Origin: Kiritimatiellia bacterium
Lineage (GTDB): Bacteria; Verrucomicrobiota; Kiritimatiellia; JAAZAB01
Assembly: GCA_028718125.1 (NCBI GenBank)
Contig: JAQUMN010000006.1
Span: forward strand, 51,806-115,805
DNA length: 64,000 bases
Direction of reading: 5' to 3'
Positions 56,372-64,000 of the stretch are shown here, piece by piece. How positions within the stretch are numbered: position 1 is the stretch's first letter; the number at the start of each line of letters is the position of its first letter. A program made the position numbers and the translations under genes. The notes beneath the pieces were generated by a model. The model was not told the DNA's origin. It did no database searches and saw nothing but the letters and a program-made list of their open reading frames with translations.

Positions 56372-56548
56372 GTAAGACTCCCCTGCCCGCCATGCCGCGT
56401 CCGTCAGCTGACGGGCATCAGGCGAACTGTATTAATGTTATGTAGTCAGGGGCATACCCCCCTACCCAACCGTGGTTATACTGAAAATGTGGCACAAACA
56501 TAGGGGCAATACAAATCAAAAGAACTATCCGGCCGCAGTCGTCTGCCT

Positions 56549-57634
56549 TCAGTCCGCCAGTCCCCAGCGGCGGGAAAAAGGCCAGTAGACAAAAAAGGCC
56601 GGACCAACCAGATTGACGCGTTTTACAGGACCCCAGTATCGGCTGTCCAGGCTGTTGCGCTGGTTATCCCCGCAGGCAAAAAATTGGTCGCCTGCCAATG
56701 GCACGCGGTTGTTGTGGCTGGCAAGGTAGGTCCCCGTTTTCTGATAGCCGTCATACCCAGACTCGCGAGCCTCGATCCGGGCGATACTTGAAGGATGCGC
56801 CATGATTGTCCCGTTGATATACAGATTCGGGGTTTCGATGCTGAGGATTTCGCCGGGTAGCCCGACCATGCGCTTGACATAATGTTCGTTTTGCTTGATC
56901 TGTGGATGCTCAATGCCGGTGGTCTTGAATACCATGATTTCACCCCGCCGGGGCTTGTGGAAGTTCCATCCCACTTTATTGACGAAAATATGATCCCCGG
57001 CCATGTGCATGCCGGACGCCAATTTCTGGCCTATGATGACATACTCGCCGTTCGTGACGCATTCAGCGAGCGACCCGTATGGATTGGCGCTGTCATAAAT
57101 TTTATGGTACTGTTCCCCTATGATCACGCCGCGGGTGTCGCCGATGGATGCCCAGTAGGCTTTACCGGACGTCGTGGCGTGCACCTCGACATACCATTCC
57201 CCCGTTAGTAGCCACTTTGCTGTTTTCAGCGGCATATAATCCATAACACCAGAGTTCGCGCGCGGCTCATAATGAATACCGTAAAGCGTCGGGCTCATGG
57301 AGGAAGTGGGAATCTTGAACGGCTGGACAAAATAGGTCCGGAAGGCCATGGCCACGGCCAGCGCCACAACAAGAATTTCCAGGTTTTCGCGTAGCCAGGC
57401 CCAGGATCGCTTGGGGATCAATGCTTCTATCCGGGTGCTCAGTTCCCTCGCTGCGGGTTCAGCCTGCGGCCAGTTGCCGGCCTTGAGTACATCCCGTACC
57501 CGTTGAACGCCATCGTCCAAACGCTCCAGGGTGGTTGCCTCGGCCACGTCTTCCCGCAGATTGCGGACATGCCGCGCTTCTTTGATTAAATGCAACAGGG
57601 CTTTCTTCGTTCGTCTTCGTTCGAAAAAATTCAT
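56549..57634 (-). CDS. lepB: Signal peptidase I
   Basis: SMSPTL (catalytic Ser), GDHIFVNK (Lys box) and GDNQRNSLDSRYWG. Trimmed to the ATG at 57634, which has a GAGGAG SD. Confidence 0.9.
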   Translation of the reverse strand: MNFFERRRTKKALLHLIKEARHVRNLREDVAEATTLERLDDGVQRVRDVLKAGNWPQAEPAARELSTRIEALIPKRSWAWLRENLEILVVALAVAMAFRTYFVQPFKIPTSSMSPTLYGIHYEPRANSGVMDYMPLKTAKWLLTGEWYVEVHATTSGKAYWASIGDTRGVIIGEQYHKIYDSANPYGSLAECVTNGEYVIIGQKLASGMHMAGDHIFVNKVGWNFHKPRRGEIMVFKTTGIEHPQIKQNEHYVKRMVGLPGEILSIETPNLYINGTIMAHPSSIARIEARESGYDGYQKTGTYLASHNNRVPLAGDQFFACGDNQRNSLDSRYWGPVKRVNLVGPAFFVYWPFSRRWGLAD

Positions 57635-57660
57635 TTGGCTCCTCACATTTTATCAGCATA

Positions 57661-57733
57661 CTGGATTCCCGATCAAGTCGGGAATGACATACACAAGCCT
57701 CATTCTGTCATTCCCGTGAAAACGGGAATCCAG
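57661..57733. repeat. ATTCCC-N-GGGAAT double hairpin, permuted relative to copies A1/A2
   Basis: CTGGATTCCCGATCAAGTCGGGAATGACA (57661-57689) and TGTCATTCCCGTGAAAACGGGAATCCAG (57706-57733), between lepA and lepB. Confidence 0.8.
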
Positions 57734-57765
57734 AATATGTATTACATGAAATTCCTTGGCATGTG

Positions 57766-59613
57766 TTAAGTGCTCGATTTGAGCACCGAAATAAAAGCTT
57801 CCTGCGGCACGTTCACCCTGCCGACCAGTTTCATGCGTTTTTTCCCTTCCTTCTGGCGTTCCAGGAGCTTACGCTTACGGGAGATGTCGCCGCCATAGCA
57901 TTTGGCCGTCACGTCTTTACGCAGCGCACGGATGGTTTCGCGGGCGATGATCGTCTTGCCAATGGCCGCCTGCACGGGGATGGTAAACAAATGCGGAGGG
58001 ATGACGTCCTTCAACGCAGCGCACATCTGCCGTCCGCGGCTCTCCGCCTTGGAGCGATGAATAAGGCAGGAAAACGCATCCACGGGTTCGCCATTAAGCA
58101 GGATATCCAGGCGCACCAGGTCGCTGGCCATGTGGCCATGGTGCTCGTAATCCATTGAGGCGTACCCGTGTGACAGGCTTTTGAGAAAATCGTAGAAATC
58201 CACCAGGATTTCATTCAACGGCATTGAACACGTCAGCATGACCCGCCGCGTGTCCAGCGAATCGGTCTTTTCCACCGTGCCCCGCCGATCCATGATGAGT
58301 TTCATCACATCGCTGATATGCTCGTTTTTGCAGATGATAAACGCGCGGATCATGGGCTCCTCGATGTGGTCAATGCGCGTCAGGTCGGGCATATGCACGG
58401 GGTTGTCGATGGTCAGCATCTCCCCGTTTTTCAAGAATACGTTATAGATGACCGAAGGATACGTGCTGATGATGTCCACGTCATACTCGCGTCGCAGGCG
58501 CTCCTGGACGATTTCCATGTGCAACAGGCCCAGGAATCCGCAACGGAAACCGAATCCAAGCGCCACGGACGACTCCGCCTGGTACGTGAACGCGCTGTCG
58601 TTCAGGCTGAGGCGATCCAAGCTGGCTTTCAGTTTCTCAAGGTCGGAGGTGTTGACCGGGTAGACACCGCTGAATACCATGGGCAGCACAAGCTTGAAGC
58701 CCGGCAACGGTTGTTTGGCCGGCCGTTCCTGGGTTGTAATGGTATCGCCGATAAGAATATCGCGGGGTTCTTTGATGGTCCCCACGAGGTAACCGACCTG
58801 GCCCGCATTCAGAACGGCCACCGGGGTGGGCTTAGGGCAGAACATGCCGACTTCCTTGATTTCGCCGGTATAGCCGGTGCTCATGAACCGGATATGGTCC
58901 CCGGTTTTCAGCCGGCCGTCCTGGATACGCACATACGGCATCACGCCGCGGTAGGCGTCATAGATAGAATCAAAAACCAGCACCCGGGTACCACCCTCAG
59001 TATCCGTTTTTGGCGGCGGCACTTTGCGCCTGATCATTTCCATCAGGGCGGCCACCCCCTGCCCCGTCTTGGCGCTGATCAGGCACCCCTCCTCCACCGA
59101 AAGACCCAAAATTTCCTCGATTTGCCTGGCCACGATATCCACATTGGCCGTGGGCAAATCAATCTTGTTGATCACGGGGATAATGGTCAAATTGGCTTCC
59201 ATGGCCAGATAGGCGTTAGCCACGGTCTGCGCTTCCACACCCTGCGCAGCGTCCACGACGAGCAAGGCGCCATCGCAGGCCGCCATGCTCCGCGAAACTT
59301 CATAGGTGAAATCCACGTGGCCCGGTGTATCCAACAGGTTAAACTCATACGTCTGGCCGTCGCCGGACTGGTAATTCATGGTGACGGGGTGGCACTTGAT
59401 GGTAATGCCCCGCTCGCGCTCGAGATCCATGCTGTCCAGAACCTGGTCGCGGAAATCCCGTTCTTCAACGGTATGGGTCAATTGCAACATGCGGTCGGCC
59501 AGCGTGGATTTCCCGTGGTCAATGTGTGCGATGATGCAGAAATTGCGGATACGTGAGAGCGGATTGGAAATGGTTGATGTGGAATGGTTCATGGTCAACG
59601 GGGAATCGTTCAT
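57766..59613 (-). CDS. lepA: Translation elongation factor 4 (LepA)
   Basis: IRNFCIIAHIDHGKSTLADR, DTPGH, NKID and a LepA-specific C-terminal domain. The start is uncertain (59613 or 59592) because the 5' end runs into a word-repeat region. Confidence 0.95.
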   Translation of the reverse strand: MNDSPLTMNHSTSTISNPLSRIRNFCIIAHIDHGKSTLADRMLQLTHTVEERDFRDQVLDSMDLERERGITIKCHPVTMNYQSGDGQTYEFNLLDTPGHVDFTYEVSRSMAACDGALLVVDAAQGVEAQTVANAYLAMEANLTIIPVINKIDLPTANVDIVARQIEEILGLSVEEGCLISAKTGQGVAALMEMIRRKVPPPKTDTEGGTRVLVFDSIYDAYRGVMPYVRIQDGRLKTGDHIRFMSTGYTGEIKEVGMFCPKPTPVAVLNAGQVGYLVGTIKEPRDILIGDTITTQERPAKQPLPGFKLVLPMVFSGVYPVNTSDLEKLKASLDRLSLNDSAFTYQAESSVALGFGFRCGFLGLLHMEIVQERLRREYDVDIISTYPSVIYNVFLKNGEMLTIDNPVHMPDLTRIDHIEEPMIRAFIICKNEHISDVMKLIMDRRGTVEKTDSLDTRRVMLTCSMPLNEILVDFYDFLKSLSHGYASMDYEHHGHMASDLVRLDILLNGEPVDAFSCLIHRSKAESRGRQMCAALKDVIPPHLFTIPVQAAIGKTIIARETIRALRKDVTAKCYGGDISRKRKLLERQKEGKKRMKLVGRVNVPQEAFISVLKSST

Positions 59614-59690
59614 AAGGAATGGTTAACGGTTCGTAACTTTATGATACTTCCCACTCACTTGCCTCTTTCCGTTCCATTGCCCATTAACTA

Positions 59691-60422
59691 TCAACCATTA
59701 ACCATCTGTTGTCGTCCGGCCAGTCCCTTGCCGAACGCGGCGCGGGCTTTTTCTCGCATCTGCCGCAGATCCTGCGCCATGGTTTTCGATTTAAATAGCG
59801 CGCTTCCGGCCACCATGATATTGGCGCCGGCCTCCGCCACGCGCGTTACGGTATTCAAATCAATGCCCCCATCCACGGTTATGCCTAAAATAGCATCCCT
59901 GTCCCTTTTCCGCCCCGGTCGCGTCTGCGCGGTACGGCGGATGGCGGTGATTTTGGGCAATACCTCCGGCATGAATTTCTGGCCGCCAAATCCCGGATGA
60001 ACGGTCATGCACAGCACCTCGTCCACCTCGCCAAGAAATGGAAGTGCCGCTTCAAACGGTGTCTCGGGATTGAGCGCCACCCCGGGAGTGGCGCCCAGTG
60101 CGCGAATGCGCCGGAGTGTGTGCAGGACATCGCACGAGGATTCCACATGGATCGTCAGGGTCGTGGCCCCGGCCTTGATGAATGTTTCCGCCAATTGATC
60201 CGGCCGTGAGAGCATCAGGTGCACACTGAGCGGAATGTTCAGGCACCGGCGCGCCATCTTGACTACATCCGGTCCCATGCTCAGGTTGGGCACGAAGTGC
60301 CCATCCATGATATCCAGGTGCAGGGCGTCGGCCCCGGCTGCCTGTGCATTGAGCGCGGATTCTTCCAGACGGCCGAAATTACCGGCCAATAATGACGGCC
60401 AAATATAAATCTTTTCGTTCAT
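59691..60422 (-). CDS. rpe: Ribulose-phosphate 3-epimerase
   Basis: ORF trimmed to the ATG at 60422 (MNEKIYIWPSLLA...). HLDIMDGHFVPN, MTV.PGFGGQ.F and VDGGI. Confidence 0.9.
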   Translation of the reverse strand: MNEKIYIWPSLLAGNFGRLEESALNAQAAGADALHLDIMDGHFVPNLSMGPDVVKMARRCLNIPLSVHLMLSRPDQLAETFIKAGATTLTIHVESSCDVLHTLRRIRALGATPGVALNPETPFEAALPFLGEVDEVLCMTVHPGFGGQKFMPEVLPKITAIRRTAQTRPGRKRDRDAILGITVDGGIDLNTVTRVAEAGANIMVAGSALFKSKTMAQDLRQMREKARAAFGKGLAGRQQMVNG

Positions 60423-60493
60423 GGCGGGTAACAATATCAGAAGCACGATGGCCGCGCAAGCCGTAGGAAGGCCGAAGAACGGACGCAAGGCCA

Positions 60494-61834
60494 TCATAGG
60501 GAGCTGTTCGCCGGATCCAAGGCCGCGATACGTGACATGACCAGATCGGCAATTTTCTGGTGCCGCTCCGGATCGCCCTTGAACACGGAGCAATCCGCCG
60601 GTGTCACAGGCTTGCCAAAATAAGTGGTGATCTTGCAGTGCTTGATCCGGCGCGCGTCACGGGGAAACGCTTCGAAGGTGCCGCGTACATAAGCGGGGAT
60701 GACCGGAACGCCTGCCTTTTCAATCAGAAACCCGATGCCGGCCTTGACCGGCTGGAGGCGCCCATCCCTCGTGCGCGTGCCTTCCGGAAATATAAAAATC
60801 ATATTGCCTTGCCGCACCAGCCTGATGGCGCCTTTGAGCGCGCGAATGTCACCCTTGGTGCGGTCGATGGGCAGGGTGCCAACCGCCACCGCCCACCACT
60901 CCATGAACCGCGATTGCTTGAACAGGGTGTCGCGTGCCAGAAAATAAACATGCCGGTTCCAGATGTTACAGCATACGGCGATCGGATCGAGATAGCTGGC
61001 ATGGTTGGATACCAGGATACAGCCGCCTTCCCGCGGCACGTGTTTGAGGCCATGAGTTTCATACCGGTGAAAAATCCATAAATAACACAAAAAAAACACG
61101 CGGGATATATGATAAACAAGCGGTCGAAACCCATCCTGCTCTATGGCTTTGGGCAGGCGGTATCCCGGGGAAGAGCGAATAATTGAAAGAATCTGCGTTA
61201 CCACGTCCTCAATGCTCAGGTGCGTTGTTTCAATGCGACAGGCTCCGGGCGCCATGGCTAACGGCGCCGTTGATCGCAACTGATCGTATGCGTCGCGCCG
61301 CAAGAGCGCGCGCCTGACCTCATCCGGGTTTGTTTTTCCTCCGGCAAAATCCTGCTGTTCGCGATATCGGCGACGTGCCCTTTCCTCGGGGTCGGCGTCC
61401 AAATAAAACTTTAAAGCCGCTTCCGGAAATACCACGGTGCCGATATCGCGCCCTTCCACGACCAAATTGCCTAACGGCGTCAAGGATCGTAAATGTTCCC
61501 CTACCCAGCCCCGCACTTCCGGTATGGCCGCCACGGCGCTGACCTGTTCTTGGACCGGCAGGGACCGAATGGCAGTACCGGGATCAACGTCATTAATGGT
61601 AAACAGGACAACGAGGTTTTCCACAGAAAAACGCATTGATACCGAAGACAGATGCCGGACAATCGCTTCCGGCGAAGCCCCAGTTAAACCGTCGTTGATA
61701 ATCTGCCAGGTGAGCGCTCGATAAATGGCGCCCGAATCCACGTGGATATAACCCAGCCGCTCGGCCACCTTGCGGCTGACCGTGGATTTACCTGACGCGG
61801 AAGGTCCGTCAATTGCTATTATTAAATTCGACAT
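60494..61834 (-). CDS. Fusion protein: cytidylate kinase (N) + 1-acyl-sn-glycerol-3-phosphate acyltransferase (C)
   Basis: N-terminal IAIDGPSASGKST...DSGAIYRA (Cmk). From about residue 235 there is a hydrophobic segment, then VSNHASYLDP (HX4D) and IFPEGTRT (PlsC blocks). One uninterrupted 446-aa ORF. Confidence 0.85.
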   Translation of the reverse strand: MSNLIIAIDGPSASGKSTVSRKVAERLGYIHVDSGAIYRALTWQIINDGLTGASPEAIVRHLSSVSMRFSVENLVVLFTINDVDPGTAIRSLPVQEQVSAVAAIPEVRGWVGEHLRSLTPLGNLVVEGRDIGTVVFPEAALKFYLDADPEERARRRYREQQDFAGGKTNPDEVRRALLRRDAYDQLRSTAPLAMAPGACRIETTHLSIEDVVTQILSIIRSSPGYRLPKAIEQDGFRPLVYHISRVFFLCYLWIFHRYETHGLKHVPREGGCILVSNHASYLDPIAVCCNIWNRHVYFLARDTLFKQSRFMEWWAVAVGTLPIDRTKGDIRALKGAIRLVRQGNMIFIFPEGTRTRDGRLQPVKAGIGFLIEKAGVPVIPAYVRGTFEAFPRDARRIKHCKITTYFGKPVTPADCSVFKGDPERHQKIADLVMSRIAALDPANSSL

Positions 61835-63134
61835 GCGCTCCCAATGATGCCAAGTGATGCCAGAATTCAGGATAAGAGGTGTTCACGCAGGCAATCCCGC
61901 GGATGCGGACGGGTGCAGAGGCGCGCAGCGCCAGGATAGCCATGGCCATGGCCACGCGATGGTCACCATAACAGTCAAGTTCCACACCACCGCGCACCGT
62001 CGTTCCGCCGCTCACGCGCATGCCGTCCTCGCGCTCATCGGCGGAAATGCCCAGGGCCCGCAGATTGGCTACCATGCACGCAATGCGGTCGGATTCCTTG
62101 ACCCGCAGTTCGCGGGCATCCCGGATGATTGTCGTTCCGCGCGCCAGGGCGCCGGCCACGGCCGCTATGGGAAGTTCATCGATCAGATTCGGGATTTCGG
62201 TCCCGCCAATCTCCGTGCCGCGCAGATCGGCGCCGCGAATGGTGATGGCGCCGGACGGTTCAGCCGCCAAAGACTCTTGTTCCGGCACAACAGCCAGATC
62301 GGCGCCCATGCGCTTCAACACGTCCAGCAATGCGGTTCGCCGCGGATTCAAGCCTACGTTCTGAATGGTCACATTTGTTCCTGAAACAGTGGCGGCCACC
62401 AGCCAGAAGGCGGCTGACGAAAAATCACCGGGCACGGTCCAGTCCCTTGCCTTCGGTTCCGGACCGCGCGGCCCATAGCCCCGGATCGTGATCAGGTTCC
62501 CGTCAATCCGCAAGGGAATCCCCAACATCCGGAACGCGCGCTCGGTATGATCCCGCGTGGGCAGTGGTTCTTCAATGCGCGTTTCTCCTACCGCAAAAAG
62601 AGCTGCCAGCAGAATGCAGGATTTGACCTGTGCGGAAGCGATGGGCATAGGGTATGCGATACCCCGCAAGGCACCACCGGTGATGCGGATGGGCGCACAG
62701 TTCCCCGCCCCCATCAGTTCGATTCGGGCGCCCATTTGTTCCAACGGCGCCTGGATGCGTTGCATGGTACGGGAACGCAACGATGCGTCGCCGGTCAATT
62801 CCGTGGTCCATGGCCGCCCGGCCAGGAGTCCGGCCATAAGGCGCATGCCGGTTCCCGAGTTACCCATGTCAAGGGGGTAACGTGGGCAGACCCAGGGTCT
62901 GCTCGTAACCTGAATGTGTTCCGGTGTTATCTCAACCCGTGCGCCGAGACATTCGATGGCTTTCAGGGTGTTCAGGCAATCTTCGCTCCGCAAAAATCCA
63001 ATTAAGCGCGATTGCCCGACAGCCAGGCAAGAGAGCATTGCCACCCGGTGTGAAATGCTTTTGTCCCCGGGTGCGCGCACGGTGCCCGTCAGCACGCGGC
63101 AGGGATGGATGGTTACATTATCGGCCGTGTTCAC
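61809..63134 (-). CDS. aroA: 3-phosphoshikimate 1-carboxyvinyltransferase (EPSP synthase)
   Basis: PGDKSISHR, GNSGTGMRL, ELRVKESDR and DHR.AMA. GTG start overlaps the tyrA stop (GTGA). The 3' end overlaps the cmk/plsC start by 26 nt. Confidence 0.95.
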   Translation of the reverse strand: MNTADNVTIHPCRVLTGTVRAPGDKSISHRVAMLSCLAVGQSRLIGFLRSEDCLNTLKAIECLGARVEITPEHIQVTSRPWVCPRYPLDMGNSGTGMRLMAGLLAGRPWTTELTGDASLRSRTMQRIQAPLEQMGARIELMGAGNCAPIRITGGALRGIAYPMPIASAQVKSCILLAALFAVGETRIEEPLPTRDHTERAFRMLGIPLRIDGNLITIRGYGPRGPEPKARDWTVPGDFSSAAFWLVAATVSGTNVTIQNVGLNPRRTALLDVLKRMGADLAVVPEQESLAAEPSGAITIRGADLRGTEIGGTEIPNLIDELPIAAVAGALARGTTIIRDARELRVKESDRIACMVANLRALGISADEREDGMRVSGGTTVRGGVELDCYGDHRVAMAMAILALRASAPVRIRGIACVNTSYPEFWHHLASLGAHVEFNNSN

Positions 63135-64000
63135 GAGGCGTTCCCCTGGCCCCGGGTTAACGCACGCCGTCGTTCACGGCTTGTTTGCAGAAATTTGTCC
63201 AGCATCTCCAGATCGCCGCTTTTTAAAATGTTTAACAAATGGTCCGCTTCCCTGGAAAATGCCTTCAGTTCGTTGTGGATCGCAGGCTGGTTGGCGCGGA
63301 TGATATCCCGCCATAACTGGGGGTCGCCCTCCGCAATGCGCGTGGTGTCGAAGAAACCGGCGCCACAGAACGGTCCAACCCGATTGGGTTGGATCCGGCC
63401 CACGCATGTGGCCAGCAAAGCGGCAACCAGATGCGGTACATGACTGGTTTTTGCCAGGAGGTGATCGTGTGCTTTTGGCGATAGCCTCTGCACGCGGGCA
63501 TCCAGGCCTTGCCACAGGCGCGCGACCTGCTCGCTGGCTGCCGGCGCTGTCCGGCGCGTGGGCGTCAGCGCCACGAGCGCGTTCCGGTAAAGCGTGGCGG
63601 ATGCCGCCTCGATCCCTTGCCGTTCGGAGCCGGCAATCGGGTGGCTGCCGATGAAAGGCACTCCTCCGCGCGGAAACAAGGCCTCTACCCGTTGCACAAT
63701 CTCCGCTTTGCAACTGCCGACGTCCGTCATAACGCCGTCGGCGGCCAGGCGGGTGCGGCACGCGCCGATCAATTCCGGTATTGAGCTGACCGACGTGCAG
63801 AAGACCGCCAGGTCGGCGTCTTGCACGGCATCTTCGGAGCGTTCAAAGACCTGGTCCACGATCTCCAGTTCCAGGGCCAGCTCGCGTGTTTCCGCCCGGC
63901 GCGCAAAGCCGGCCACGACCTTGGCCAGGCCTTTCTGCTTGATGCCCAGTCCCAGCGATCCGCCCATGAGCCCCAATCCGATAATGGCTATGCGATTAAA
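63131..64000 (-). CDS. tyrA: Prephenate dehydrogenase (5' end beyond the window)
   Basis: The reading frame continues to the window edge (…FNRIAIIGLGLMGGSLG Rossmann motif). GSHPIAGSE block. Confidence 0.8.
   Translation of the reverse strand, partial: FNRIAIIGLGLMGGSLGLGIKQKGLAKVVAGFARRAETRELALELEIVDQVFERSEDAVQDADLAVFCTSVSSIPELIGACRTRLAADGVMTDVGSCKAEIVQRVEALFPRGGVPFIGSHPIAGSERQGIEAASATLYRNALVALTPTRRTAPAASEQVARLWQGLDARVQRLSPKAHDHLLAKTSHVPHLVAALLATCVGRIQPNRVGPFCGAGFFDTTRIAEGDPQLWRDIIRANQPAIHNELKAFSREADHLLNILKSGDLEMLDKFLQTSRERRRALTRGQGNAS

Noticed and set aside
58318-59556. 412-aa ORF antisense to lepA
   Set aside because: The opposite strand encodes an unmistakable EF4/LepA. The antisense frame has shadow-ORF composition and no motifs.

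Overview
This is a 64-kb, GC-rich bacterial chromosome segment. I call 44 protein-coding genes (one cut by the window end), 1 transposase pseudogene inside a decayed IS element, and 1 RNase P RNA. There are also at least five families of dispersed intergenic repeats. I saw no tRNA, rRNA or CRISPR array. The gene content includes fused SecDF, a GreA homologue of over 700 aa, giant LamG/BACON/FG-GAP-type surface proteins, a beta-helix protein, GH127 and many sugar genes. This suggests a PVC-superphylum organism (Verrucomicrobiota/Kiritimatiellota/Lentisphaerota-like), but that is an inference, not a database result. Housekeeping blocks: holA; HIT; aminotransferase-pgpH-ybeY-recO; hisF-greA(long); tgt-yajC-secDF-recJ; queF; a COG1579 gene plus rnpB; lepA-lepB; tyrA-aroA-cmk/plsC-rpe. 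Carbohydrate blocks: a PfkB kinase; a large toroid-type lyase/hydrolase-like ORF; class II aldolase, Zn-ADH, SrlD-like SDR and rhamnulokinase-like kinase; NagB-like and UxaC-like genes; AraC regulator with a beta-helix protein and GH127; glucuronokinase-like GHMP kinase, GalU and a RACo-like ASKHA protein. The most unusual content is listed here. (i) A two-gene locus (43.8-53.1 kb) encodes giant paralogous secreted proteins that share a head module I cannot assign to a named family. (ii) The RNase P RNA gene is oversized (about 530 nt) and carries an inserted hairpin that matches a dispersed 175-bp repeat family. (iii) The repeat landscape is dense and modular: MITE-like elements with CACGGAT-type inverted ends, ATTCCC-N-GGGAAT hairpin cores, about 100-bp direct repeats bracketing a three-gene cassette, a heptamer tract at a gene start, and short rhyming word repeats at gene boundaries. 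(iv) There are gene fusions or unusual couplings: Cmk-PlsC, and GHMP kinase/GalU/RACo-like. All coordinates, alignments and identities are hand-derived from the sequence. No searches were run.
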